Under the pieces are notes generated by a model. That model was not told where the DNA came from. It saw only the letters and a list, made by a program, of their open reading frames with translations, and did no database searches. A stretch of DNA of 64,000 nt from a virus: IMG/VR virus record IMGVR_UViG_3300031772_000007, positions 29,826 through 93,825 of that record; one strand, written 5' to 3'. Positions 36,501-45,066 of this stretch are shown piece by piece. Position 1 is the stretch's first letter. Each line of letters starts with the position of its first letter. The translations under genes were made by a program, and so were the position numbers.

Positions 36501-37148
36501 GAGGTGCTTCGGCTTCGGGATGTGCGCGGTAAGCGCCCACCGAATGTCCTCCTCGAAGAACTTCCAGAGGAAGCGATTACGTAGCCCCGCCGAGGGGTGC
36601 AAGACGAAGATGACCGGCACCGGCTCGCCGTCGTTCCAGAGCCATGTGTACCCCCGACGGCTGTTGAGCGGACTGACGTTCCTGCCGGTGAGCGCGTAGA
36701 TCGCCGCTGCCCCGAAGGCCACGATGCGATCCGGCTTCGCGTCCTTCACCGTCTGCGCGAGATACGGACGACAGGCTTCCAGATAGGTTTCGGTGATCTC
36801 CTTCTTGGCCTCGCCACTGCCCGGGTAGCACTTCGTCCCGTTGTCCAAGACGATGGTGCCCTTCCACCACTTCCGCAGGAGGGGGCGGACCTTCGCCCCC
36901 GTCCTGCCACAGAAGGGACGCTTCTGCGCGTCCTCGTGCTCCCCAGGACCCTCTCCCACCACCAACAGGGTCGAAGCCTCGCCTAGGGCAATCTCGGGAC
37001 GGACGACGTTAGCCTGGACGGTGGTGCCGTCCTCCTTCTGCCGAACGGTCCGCAGACCGCACTTCTTGCAGTCGTCGCAGTAGCCCTCCGGGCTCGTGCG
37101 CTCGACCACCAGCTTCTGCGGCGTCGGGTAGAGGACGAACTGTTCCAC
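33582..37148 (-). CDS. polA: Family A DNA polymerase with N-terminal family-4 UDG-like domain, 3'-5' exonuclease and an intein
   Basis: VGEGPG...PFCGRTG and HPS (UDG); FDCET (exo); DYSQLELR, KAFNFGLAYG, IHDS (pol motifs A-C). Confidence 0.95.
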   Translation of the reverse strand: MEQFVLYPTPQKLVVERTSPEGYCDDCKKCGLRTVRQKEDGTTVQANVVRPEIALGEASTLLVVGEGPGEHEDAQKRPFCGRTGAKVRPLLRKWWKGTIVLDNGTKCYPGSGEAKKEITETYLEACRPYLAQTVKDAKPDRIVAFGAAAIYALTGRNVSPLNSRRGYTWLWNDGEPVPVIFVLHPSAGLRNRFLWKFFEEDIRWALTAHIPKPKHLRPDYFASVVTTPADVAQAVQDLCGGEGFAFDCETAGHLWNPGFRILTTAAAPLGRDVVWVWDEEGMNDPARFEPFARVLEDAEVPKGGSNVKYDQHCMWWTKKVRVRGIKFDTRLERKLLDPDARGNLEDMAELVGMGEHKGEAKQALVLIERRIKEMAEKERQRRQSKQGGFDFADRVDTSARLGFDVEKYAGNPKAIAYAFMDRDKLLRYVCRDALTTARLASLYSLQLHRSPERQRIWDKVVLPGAVAIQRVEEWGVPYDVQAGSLFQQLAQQGLDGAMAQCQKYGELNPDSPQQIARLLYDQLKLDAPYKTETGQPSTEEDALLQLKSEHSLPGFILEYRHYKKLVEYVAEWEGCVRSDGRVHPSIHTDGARSGRTSCIRKGTLVDVARDVSRFPKGVPIEQVRFGDLAYCYDSGGRLVLRRVLRAWRAGRKCALVRVKWRGQGHRHEGYLDLTPEHRVRLTTGKWREAGDLQPGDRVYALARGEVDGYARLWPTGAEEISREHRFIYEQMYGKAPEHVHHINGNKLDNRPENLAGLGASEHLRLHGEQTSAEVRAARSESMQRMWREGCLSARVGSSNGRWLGLPASYVEWLLRENAWAVSKAAKAGGYDFNSFKGHVERAGFDLEELKRWNREGRREQILEGAAHARTARLSNNHEVVAVEHLTERDDVYDLTVEGEECFIAGELLVHNCSDPNLQNIPRADTEDGKRARDCFVAPHGKVLIELDYSQLELRIAALLSQDRAMADLFRSGVDFHLGTAKLICKLAWGIPPEQVTKVHRTGAKAFNFGLAYGKTDRTLARELGIPVEAAAAIRAAIFGAFINFGRWSKTALSYAKANGGCWTEWEGQRARWRPLWRIADESEEGSHAASTARNGSINSPIQGTASDFCVSSIVRLVNLIEAGKMDAEVILPIHDSIMLLCPEKTWKETAQAAREQMVSYPWATSFVPLEVDCKAGTRWGSMETVELN
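34416..35357 (-). mobile_element. 314-aa intein with HNH homing endonuclease in polA
   Basis: SGRTS|CIRKGT...TPEH...VYDLTVE...LVHN|CSDPNLQNIP; HVHHINGNKLDNRPENL; visibly lower GC. Confidence 0.93.
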
Positions 37149-37816
37149 TAGGCCGGAACCTCGCCCGCTTCCTTGTACGCTGCCAGGTTGCTCTCCACCT
37201 TCTCCCTGATGTCCCGCACCCGTGCGATGACAGGAACCGCTGCCTTCAGCTTCTCGCACTCCGAGACGAGCTGATCCACCGCGTCCGGCTTGAGCCCCCG
37301 CGCCTTCATCACCCAGTCCAGAACCTCGATGAAGCGCTTGCTCTTGGCGATGTTCTCCGGGATGCCGTCCGCGTTCGGTGCGGTGGAGGGTGGAGGCGCT
37401 GCCGCCGCCTCCTTCGCGGGCTTGGAGGTCGGTCGGCTCGCGGGCTCCTCGGCGAGCCGCTGGATCTCCGACTTCTCCAACATCTCCTTCGCCGCCGCGC
37501 TCTGCGGAACACCCGCCACCGCTGCATGAACCAGCGCCGCCTTCGACACCTCCGCTGGCGCGGCTTCCTTCGCGGGAACCGCCGTCCCCGCGTGGCTCGG
37601 GAACTTGTCCGGCTGTGCGGGCTTCACGTTCTCCTCCACCGGAGCACGAACCCTCACCGCCTCGATCTTCCCCGCCGATGCGTGGTCCAGCACCGCGTAG
37701 GCTTCATCCACCGAGACGCCAAAGATCGTCAGGGTGTTGTTGTCCCAAACCACCCCCTTCAGCGCGCCGAAGACCTCTGCTTCTCCCTTGAACCCTTGCA
37801 GCTTCGTGATGCTCAT
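37148..37816 (-). CDS. Hypothetical protein with Ala/Pro-rich linker
   Basis: GGAGG RBS; downstream of promoter motif. Confidence 0.65.
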   Translation of the reverse strand: MSITKLQGFKGEAEVFGALKGVVWDNNTLTIFGVSVDEAYAVLDHASAGKIEAVRVRAPVEENVKPAQPDKFPSHAGTAVPAKEAAPAEVSKAALVHAAVAGVPQSAAAKEMLEKSEIQRLAEEPASRPTSKPAKEAAAAPPPSTAPNADGIPENIAKSKRFIEVLDWVMKARGLKPDAVDQLVSECEKLKAAVPVIARVRDIREKVESNLAAYKEAGEVPA

Positions 37817-37840
37817 GTCCTGCCTCCTGTTGGTGAGCCC

Positions 37841-37871
37841 TACCTTTGCCCCCGAGGGGGTCGATTGTCCC
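37841..37871 (-). promoter_or_regulatory. Putative phage-sigma promoter
   Basis: GGGACAATCG-N10-GGGCAAAGGTA. Confidence 0.6.
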
Positions 37872-38071
37872 TACAGCCAGCCTTGCTTCTCCGCGAGCCA
37901 CGCGGTCACGACGAGGGTGCCCTCGCTGTGCTCCTCCGCGTCGAAGACTTCCGAATCCTCATGAACCTGAGACTTCGGCAACCAGACCTCCTCCCCTTCA
38001 ATCTCACAGAGGAGCGCCTTCTCCGTCTCACGTAGGCACCGCACGTCGTCTATCGAGAACGGTTCCGCCAC
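37871..38071 (-). CDS. Small acidic phage protein
   Basis: ETEKALL...WLPKSQV...WLAEKQG. Confidence 0.65.
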   Translation of the reverse strand: MAEPFSIDDVRCLRETEKALLCEIEGEEVWLPKSQVHEDSEVFDAEEHSEGTLVVTAWLAEKQGWL

Positions 38072-38223
38072 TTGCGCTTCACCTCCTCCCAGCCCAGCCG
38101 CCGCGCCGCCGATTCAACCACCGCCCGCTTCAACCGCCGCGCAAACCATCGCTCCATCAGGAACCGCCCGGCAAAGTAGGCCAGCACCCCGTCGAGAATG
38201 CCGTGGAACACCATCCAGATCAT
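38050..38223 (-). CDS. 57-aa membrane micro-protein with tag variant (ESAARRLG)
   Basis: Read directly: MIWMVFHGILDGVLAYFAGRFL...VVESAARRLGWEE; ATGA coupling. Confidence 0.55.
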   Translation of the reverse strand: MIWMVFHGILDGVLAYFAGRFLMERWFARRLKRAVVESAARRLGWEEVKRKWRNRSR

Positions 38224-38570
38224 TCAGCGGTCTGCTCCCCGCGCAAGCGCCGCGCGGCGTCGTCCGCCATCCTCACCTCATCGAACACAACAACCCGCCA
38301 CCGAATGTCGATGCAGTCCGGGTTCGCTCCTTCGACGTACTCCCCCAAGTACCACTCCGGTCCGACCCTCGGACGCCCGTAGGCGCGCGCGTTCCTCATC
38401 CATCGCTTCCCGGCGGTCGTCCCCGTTGGGAGCGAGCAGCTATACTCCCCGTAGTGGCTTACCAGCCGAGGGAGGTGCTGCGGAAGGATGGACACCTCCT
38501 TCTCGGTGACATGCACCATCCCGACGTTGGGCACGTTCTCCCAAATGCCGTCCTGCGTCACCCAAGACAT
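38220..38570 (-). CDS. Small protein with C-terminal tag (DAARRLRG)
   Basis: RBS; motif. Confidence 0.65.
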   Translation of the reverse strand: MSWVTQDGIWENVPNVGMVHVTEKEVSILPQHLPRLVSHYGEYSCSLPTGTTAGKRWMRNARAYGRPRVGPEWYLGEYVEGANPDCIDIRWRVVVFDEVRMADDAARRLRGEQTAE

Positions 38571-39412
38571 AGCCGCGCCTCCTCGTCCAGCCACTCCCGC
38601 GGCATCTCGTCCGGGTCCTTCCCCGGGGGCAACCTGACGAAGCCCGCCTCCTGCCCCTCAAGCTGAAGCGTCATCGCCAGCGTTCGTCCTTCCTCCCAGG
38701 CATCCCCGTCCAGGCACGCGACAATCGGTCGGGGTGCGTCCGCAAGCGCAAAGACTTGGGGGTCGCTCGGCTTGCCCAGCACAGCGACCGCATCCGGCCA
38801 GAGCGCGAGGGCGTCCATGACTCCCTCAACCACGAAGCACGGGCGGTCCGTCCGCTTCAGCAGCGCCGCATGGTTGTAGAGCAGTTCCCGCCGGTTCATC
38901 CCCTTCGGGTACAGGTAGGGCACCTGTGCCTTCTTCTCCCACGCTCGCGCGACGAACCCCCGCCACTGCCCCTCCGGGTCCAACACCGGAACGATGACAC
39001 GCCCGCGGTAGTACCCCTCGAAGCATCCGCCGATGTGAGCCTCCCGCCACAGCACCTCGTCGGTGAGCCCGCGTTTGATGAGGTGCTGTCGGTGGGGCTC
39101 CAAGCACTCCGCCGTCCGCCCGTCACCTCGCCCCAGCTCGTAGAAGCTCTCGGGCGGGTCGATGTAGAGGGTTTCCGGTTCCTCCCCCTGGAGGCGGTCC
39201 ACCGCGTCCGCGTAGTCCCCATCCAGCCGCCCCACCAATCCGCACTTGAAGCAGCGATACCACCCCGTACCCGCGTTGAAGCTGAAACTCCCGCGCCGGT
39301 CCGGCTTCCCAGTCCGCAGGTCGCACGCGAGACAGATGCCCCGCCGCCACTCGCCGCTCCCGCGGCAGTCGTGCGTGCTCCGCTCCGCGAGTGCTCTGAT
39401 CTCCGCCTTCAC
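38558..39412 (-). CDS. DNA primase (Zn finger plus TOPRIM)
   Basis: CLAC/CFKC; VVEGVMDAL; LDGD; KDPDE. Confidence 0.9.
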   Translation of the reverse strand: MKAEIRALAERSTHDCRGSGEWRRGICLACDLRTGKPDRRGSFSFNAGTGWYRCFKCGLVGRLDGDYADAVDRLQGEEPETLYIDPPESFYELGRGDGRTAECLEPHRQHLIKRGLTDEVLWREAHIGGCFEGYYRGRVIVPVLDPEGQWRGFVARAWEKKAQVPYLYPKGMNRRELLYNHAALLKRTDRPCFVVEGVMDALALWPDAVAVLGKPSDPQVFALADAPRPIVACLDGDAWEEGRTLAMTLQLEGQEAGFVRLPPGKDPDEMPREWLDEEARLCLG

Positions 39413-39675
39413 TTCTTGTCCCTCACGCAAATTTCCAGGTGCAACGTCTCCGGCATGGGATCGCCCGACACGTACTTGCTCGACACCTCCCGAAGAATTC
39501 CCCGGAATGCTGTGTGCCCCCCGAAGTAGGTCCCGCTCGAAAGAATGACTATCGCGGCATTCTCAAGCGCACGGTGCCCCTGCACCCCCGTCAACCGGAG
39601 CGCCGCTTCGACGCCCAAAGGCACTTCCTCGTCGGGCGCGACCGCCATGCCCCAGATGAGATCCCGGACACGCAT
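39409..39675 (-). CDS. Hypothetical protein with tag (EAALRLTG)
   Basis: TGATG coupling; motif. Confidence 0.55.
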   Translation of the reverse strand: MRVRDLIWGMAVAPDEEVPLGVEAALRLTGVQGHRALENAAIVILSSGTYFGGHTAFRGILREVSSKYVSGDPMPETLHLEICVRDKK

Positions 39676-41234
39676 CAGAACGGCGCTTCCGGTAGATCGT
39701 CCGTCGGCTTCGCCGGTTGTTCTTGCAACACCTGCGAGAACGCCTCGCGCGCCGCATCCTGAGAGTCCGCTCCCAGGCGCTCCGCCGTCTCCGCGATCTT
39801 CCCCGCGGCTTCCGCCGCCGCCTTCACATTCGGGTCGTTCGACAACGACGAGACGAGCCGCAGGTGACTCGCCTTCCCCTCCCGCCGAATCAGCGGAGCC
39901 CGGCTCACCGGAGCCACCATCCCGCAAGCGAAGTTGACCGGCACCGGCCCGGAGGACTTCCGCCCCGGTCCGTAGCGATTCTTCGCCGTGAAGTAGTCCA
40001 TCTCCCCCGCCTCTTCGTCGAAGTTGAGGGTGATGAGCTGGTCTACGATGCGCCCCTTCTGCGAGCTATCCGCGAGGTGTTGGATGTCCAGCCGCTTCGC
40101 CCCGCGATCCTCCCGCCCCCGGCTTTGGCTCGCCGTGATGCCCTGGAGCTTCAGACCCCCGAGGCGCGAGACGGCGTCGCAAAAGATGCGGAGCTTTTCG
40201 TAGACGATCCGCATCTCCTCGTACATCCCCTTCTCGTTGATCTTCCCGCTCGCGGTGAGCTTGTCGGCGTAGTCCACCACCAGGATGTCCACCCCCTTCC
40301 CGGTTCGCGCCTCGATGTTCTTTACCCACTCCTCGATGATCTCGACGGTGGTGACGTGCGGCGTGAAGTCCTGCACCACAGGCGGCTTCCACTCCACCTG
40401 CGCCAGCCTCGCGTGAATCTCCGCCCAGGAGTTGCCCTCCAGCACCTCGTTGATGGGCACCCCGGTCGCGTTGGCGACGATTCGAGCTATGACCTGCTCC
40501 GACGGCAGCTCCAGCGTGGCGTAGACTGCCTGGAGCCCCCGGGATGCCGCCTGCCCGACGATGTGGCTCATCGTCATCGACTTCGCGCCGCCCGCTCCGG
40601 CCATGAAGCACGTCAGCGTCCCCCGCGGCACGCCCCCCTCCAGCGCGTCGTCGAGCGCGTCGATGTAGAACGGCTGCCGCGTGATGCCCCGAAGCCGCGC
40701 CATCGCCGCTTCGATGTTGTCCGGCGTCGCGATCACGCCGATGCCCGCCTCCCCCCGACCCAGGTTCTCCTCCCGGCGCATCAGGTCGCGGACGTTGCCC
40801 CACTCCTCGGAGGAGGAGTGCTCATCCACCGCCGCCTGCGCGATGGCGTGCCGAAGCCGAACCCGGAGGACCCGGATGGCCTCCTGCTCGATGTCCTCCA
40901 GCCGCGGGGGCTCCTTGCCGTCGTAAATGTCGAACAGCCCGGCGACGGCCCGCACATCCTCGTCGGTCAGCTTGCCCTTCTCCCGCCGGAACGCGGTGTG
41001 CTGGATGACTGCCTGCGGAGACTGCGGACCGACCCCGCGCTCGCGGAAGATCGCCTGCGCCGCCTCCATGGCAAGACGGCATTCCGGTTGGAGAAGAAGG
41101 TCTGGCCGAAGCTCGTGTCCCACCCGAGCCATGAACCGCGGAGTCGTACAGGCCAGGTAGACCGCCGCACGCTCGAAACTCTCCTCGAAGTTGTACGGTT
41201 GTTCCTGCCTGCCGCCCTTCTTCGCGCCAGCCAT
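39675..41234 (-). CDS. DnaB-like replicative helicase
   Basis: AGAGGAKS (variant Walker A), TLEL, VVDYAD, TASQ, AKNRYG. Confidence 0.88.
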   Translation of the reverse strand: MAGAKKGGRQEQPYNFEESFERAAVYLACTTPRFMARVGHELRPDLLLQPECRLAMEAAQAIFRERGVGPQSPQAVIQHTAFRREKGKLTDEDVRAVAGLFDIYDGKEPPRLEDIEQEAIRVLRVRLRHAIAQAAVDEHSSSEEWGNVRDLMRREENLGRGEAGIGVIATPDNIEAAMARLRGITRQPFYIDALDDALEGGVPRGTLTCFMAGAGGAKSMTMSHIVGQAASRGLQAVYATLELPSEQVIARIVANATGVPINEVLEGNSWAEIHARLAQVEWKPPVVQDFTPHVTTVEIIEEWVKNIEARTGKGVDILVVDYADKLTASGKINEKGMYEEMRIVYEKLRIFCDAVSRLGGLKLQGITASQSRGREDRGAKRLDIQHLADSSQKGRIVDQLITLNFDEEAGEMDYFTAKNRYGPGRKSSGPVPVNFACGMVAPVSRAPLIRREGKASHLRLVSSLSNDPNVKAAAEAAGKIAETAERLGADSQDAAREAFSQVLQEQPAKPTDDLPEAPF

Positions 41235-42685
41235 CAAGCTGCCCCTCTGAGTTGCCGCGGCACCTTCCACAGCCACCCCCCAAGTTGCAATCGTGCCCGC
41301 AAACCTTGCCCCTCGGACTCGGTTTTAGCCCGGCACTCGCGCCGCGCCGCCAGGTAGCCCTCTGGGAAGATCCGCTCAACCGCCCGGCGAACGTCCGCCT
41401 CCGTCCAGCCAGGGATGGCCCGAACCTCCCACTCGACGCTGCGAAAGCGCCGCATGAACTCCTCCCCCGCCGCCGTCTTCTGGTACACCGTCGTCGTGTA
41501 GTCCGCCTCCTCCTCGCGGAACATCCACCGCTTCTCCGTCAGGAGCTTCGGAGACAGCAGCACCTTCACCTGCGGGTGGAACCGGGTGCGCGCCTTCGGC
41601 GGGAGCTTCAGGAGGATGCGGTCCAGCGCCCAGGCGACCCACGCCCCGGGTCGAATGTCCTTCTCCACCCAGATGTCCAGCGCGTCCTCGAAGAAGCCCT
41701 TGACCGGCCCGGACAGGCTGATGGGGTGGCACTTCCCCAGTCGGCTCTCCACCGCCGCCCGATACCACTTCACGCAGAAGGCGATCTGGTCCTCCCGGCT
41801 CCGCCCGGTCGGCACCCGCGGTGGCGGAGGGATGGTGATGTGGGTGTCGATGACCGCGGGGTAGGTGGGTGCGCCATCCTGTCCCCAGAAGAACGGCTTG
41901 GTGTTCTTCCCGGGCTGGATGTCGAAGAGGTCACGTAGATGCGCTGGAAGACCCGGCGGAGCGACGTTGATGACCTTCGGGGTGGCAGCAACCGGAGGGA
42001 GGGTGTCGCGCGGCTTCTCGACAGAACTGGAAGGTCTGGGCGCGGCGTCAGCCGCGCACCCCTCTGAGCGAAGCGAAGAGGGATCCCACATAGGTATCTC
42101 CCCTTCCTGCTTAGAGTGATCAGTTGCTACTACATAGGCGGGTCGCTTGAATGCCCCCCCTGAGAGGTCGCTTGAATGGGGGGGTAGCAGGTCGCTTGAA
42201 TGCCCCGTACCCCCATTCAAGCGACCCGATGGTTCCTTATGTGTGCTAGTGTGGTCTTGTGGGTCGCTTGAATGCTTCTTACGGGGGTACTTTCCGGTCC
42301 CCGGTCGTGCTCCTCCGTGCTTCCCGCCCTTCAACGCCATGATCTCTCCCCACACCCCAAAAGGCACCTGCACGTCGTCCCGCCCCAGGTAGCACCCGTA
42401 CACCCGGCGGACGTAGACCTTCTGCGGGAGCTTCCCGGCGTCGTTGGTCCAGCGATAGCCCACGTCCTCGACGAGCCCCGTCTGCCGTAGCCGCTCCAGC
42501 GCCCGCTTCACGGACTCCGGGTGCAGGCTCGTCTTGCGGCTGATGCCGCCGATGGTCGGGTGGACCCGCCCGTAGTGGTCGCGGAGCTGCCGCAGGAACC
42601 CCCAGACGGAGAGCGCGTTGGTGCCCAGCTTCTCGACGAACACCTTGCGCGGGACCTTGGCGACGCCCGGGATTACGGGAGGCAT
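41234..42685 (-). CDS. Replication initiator (N-terminal wHTH, internal iterons)
   Basis: PTIGGISRKTSLHPESVKRALERL; upstream of helicase. Confidence 0.7.
   Translation of the reverse strand: MPPVIPGVAKVPRKVFVEKLGTNALSVWGFLRQLRDHYGRVHPTIGGISRKTSLHPESVKRALERLRQTGLVEDVGYRWTNDAGKLPQKVYVRRVYGCYLGRDDVQVPFGVWGEIMALKGGKHGGARPGTGKYPRKKHSSDPQDHTSTHKEPSGRLNGGTGHSSDLLPPHSSDLSGGAFKRPAYVVATDHSKQEGEIPMWDPSSLRSEGCAADAAPRPSSSVEKPRDTLPPVAATPKVINVAPPGLPAHLRDLFDIQPGKNTKPFFWGQDGAPTYPAVIDTHITIPPPPRVPTGRSREDQIAFCVKWYRAAVESRLGKCHPISLSGPVKGFFEDALDIWVEKDIRPGAWVAWALDRILLKLPPKARTRFHPQVKVLLSPKLLTEKRWMFREEEADYTTTVYQKTAAGEEFMRRFRSVEWEVRAIPGWTEADVRRAVERIFPEGYLAARRECRAKTESEGQGLRARLQLGGWLWKVPRQLRGAA
42141..42274. repeat. Five 13-bp iterons GGTCGCTTGAATG, putative replication origin
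   Basis: Direct copies at 42141, 42166, 42190 and 42262; inverted copy at 42214. Confidence 0.8.
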
Positions 42686-42890
42686 GGATTCCCTCCAGCG
42701 CACCAAGAGCCCGGGCTGCGGTTGCAGGGTCGTTCGGTGGGCGGAACGGAGGGATGCTTCCCCAACGCCCTCCGGTGACCTTCCACAGACCGCGCTCTCG
42801 CTACGCTGGAAAGAACCTGAAGCACTTTAGCATCCCCTTCCGTTCGCTGCACCAACGAGCGCTGCAAACGCTCGCTGAAGCAGGCGTGCC

Positions 42891-44405
42891 TTATGCCTGA
42901 TCGCCTGCTGAAAGCAAAGCCATTTGTGTGCCCGCGCCGCCGCCTCCCTCTGAAGAAATCACCAGCGGAACCACCGTCACCGGGTACTTTTCCCGTTGGT
43001 AGGCGTGCCGCCGCCGCTTCGCGTGCCGCCGCAGCCAGGCGTTGCCGTCGTCGGCCACGTCCCACACCTCGAAGGTGCTCTTGCCCGCCGCTGTTCGCAT
43101 CCCGCGTCCGATGCGCTGGAGCGCCGCAATGAGGGACTTCCCGCCAGAGGCGATCACCACGGACTGAAGCTCCGGGATGTCCACCCCCTCTTGGAAGATG
43201 ACCGAGGTGACGAGCACTTCGATGTCGGCCCTCACCAGCCGCTTCACCGCCGCCTGCCGGGTGCGGAGGCTCGCGTCCCCCCAGACGAACTCGCTCTTGA
43301 TGCCCCGCTTCGTCAGCGCCCGCTGGAACGCCTTGCCGTGCGCGATCTCCTTCACGAACACCAGGCACGGCTTCACCGCCTTCGCCGTGGCTGCGAGCAG
43401 CGCCCGGTTCCGCGGCAGCGACCGGACGACCCCCTCGTTGTAGACCTTCTGCCAGGGCCACCGCTTCAGGAGCCCGTCCTTGTCCACCTCGACGAAGTCC
43501 TGCCGCACCGGGACCATCCTGATGATGGGCAGCGCCAGCCGCCCCTCATCGATGAGCGTCTTGCTCTGGATGTCGTAGATGATGGGTCCAAGCGCCGCGA
43601 CCGCGTAGACGCTCCGCTGGTCCTCCCGGTCCAGGGGGGTGCCGCTGATGCCGATGCGCCAGTAGGCGTTCACCAGCAGCATCGCCACTTTCCAGAAGCT
43701 GTCCGCGGGGAGGACGTGGCACTCGTCGATGATGACCCCCTGGAACCCGGCGAGGAAGGCCGAGAGCCGCGCCCGCGCGCCCGGGTCCTTGTTCCGCGCC
43801 GCGGTAGCGAGGGTCTGGAACGTGGCGACCGTGAACCGCTCCCGCGGCTTCCACCGGCCTTCTCCCACCCGCCCGGCTTCCTCGTCGGGGCACCGCAACT
43901 CGTATCGCTGCGCCGCCTGCTCCATCAGGGTCTTGCGGTGGACGAGGAACAGCCACCGGCAGGGGATCTGCTTCACCAGCCCGATGGCGATCTCCGTCTT
44001 GCCACCGCCGGTTGGCACCCGGATGATGCCCCGCGCCTTCGTGTACGCCGCGACCACCGCCGCCTGTTGGTAGTCCCGAAGCCAGCTCGACCCCGTGAGT
44101 CGAGCAACCGCCTCCTCCACCTTCAGGTCTACGGGCAGAGGTGGCGCTCCCGGAGGCGTGCGCGCGTCGATCAGCTCCACCTTCAGCCCGGCGTCCGTCG
44201 CCCGCTTCAGCACCGTCGGCAGGAATCCCGAGGGGAAGTGCGATTCGAGGAGGTCGAAGAACCGGACCTTCTCCACTTCCCCGGAGGAGAACAGCGTCTT
44301 CTTGTTCGCGTAGGTCAGCCCCGCGTCCTTGGAGCGCAACCACTCAACCTCGGCGTCCGTCGCCCGCTGCACCTTCGTGTAGAGATTCCCTTGCGTGAGC
44401 CACAT
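42891..44405 (-). CDS. SF2 DExH helicase (UvsW-like)
   Basis: LRDYQ, PTGGGKT, DECH, SGT, QRIGRGMR. Confidence 0.93.
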   Translation of the reverse strand: MWLTQGNLYTKVQRATDAEVEWLRSKDAGLTYANKKTLFSSGEVEKVRFFDLLESHFPSGFLPTVLKRATDAGLKVELIDARTPPGAPPLPVDLKVEEAVARLTGSSWLRDYQQAAVVAAYTKARGIIRVPTGGGKTEIAIGLVKQIPCRWLFLVHRKTLMEQAAQRYELRCPDEEAGRVGEGRWKPRERFTVATFQTLATAARNKDPGARARLSAFLAGFQGVIIDECHVLPADSFWKVAMLLVNAYWRIGISGTPLDREDQRSVYAVAALGPIIYDIQSKTLIDEGRLALPIIRMVPVRQDFVEVDKDGLLKRWPWQKVYNEGVVRSLPRNRALLAATAKAVKPCLVFVKEIAHGKAFQRALTKRGIKSEFVWGDASLRTRQAAVKRLVRADIEVLVTSVIFQEGVDIPELQSVVIASGGKSLIAALQRIGRGMRTAAGKSTFEVWDVADDGNAWLRRHAKRRRHAYQREKYPVTVVPLVISSEGGGGAGTQMALLSAGDQA

Positions 44406-44408
44406 GCC

Positions 44409-44900
44409 CTACCCCCCTCCCTTCATCAGCGACCGCCCGCGATTCAGCATCTCGTCGTAGCTCTCCCCCGGCAGCCGGGTGATGCCGAACACCGCCGCTA
44501 GAATCTTCTCCCACGCGGGGTCGTAGGTGCCTGCCAGCCGCGCCGCTGCCTCCGCGACTTCTGACATCCTGGGGGCACCCCGAAGGATGCCTGCCGCCAC
44601 CCGGGTTTCCAGCTCGGCGAAGTCGATGTTGCTCACTATCGACTCAAACACCTGTCGGGGGTCACTTGCCACCGAGCTTCCCCCCCCCCCCGCCTTGATC
44701 GCCTCGTTGAGCACCCGCGCCATCGCCTCACCGACCTTCTGCTGTGCCTGGAGGGACGAGGAGATCCTGCCGCTCGTCATCTTGAGAAACCAAGCGCTCT
44801 CCTTGGAGGTGAGCCCGTGCGTATCGACGCCCTGGAGCCGCTGGACGGCTTCATCTATCAGCTTGCGTCGGTGCCACCGCTTGCTTCGCTTGGAGCGCAT
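44409..44900 (-). CDS. Hypothetical protein with two tags (EAVQRLQG, EAAARLAG) and a G12 tract
   Basis: Motifs; homopolymer at 44680-44691. Confidence 0.6.
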   Translation of the reverse strand: MRSKRSKRWHRRKLIDEAVQRLQGVDTHGLTSKESAWFLKMTSGRISSSLQAQQKVGEAMARVLNEAIKAGGGGSSVASDPRQVFESIVSNIDFAELETRVAAGILRGAPRMSEVAEAAARLAGTYDPAWEKILAAVFGITRLPGESYDEMLNRGRSLMKGGG

Positions 44901-45066
44901 CAAACGGACCCTCCGTGTCGTAGAAGACCTCGATTTTCGGCGCGGGAACGACTCGCGTGAACTCCCACGTCCCAAGGTCCGGCTCCCGTGGCGGGTTCAG
45001 CCGCCGAACCGCCTCCCCCACCTCCCGGTCCCTCTTCCTGCGCGCCTGCTGTCGGCGACTGCTCAC
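44851..45066 (-). CDS. Small protein with tag variant (EAVRRLNP)
   Basis: GTGA coupling. Confidence 0.45.
   Translation of the reverse strand: MSSRRQQARRKRDREVGEAVRRLNPPREPDLGTWEFTRVVPAPKIEVFYDTEGPFDALQAKQAVAPTQADR

Noticed and set aside
38168-38180. Plus-strand GGCAAAGTA as another phage promoter
   Set aside because: The upstream box is missing and no plus-strand gene follows.
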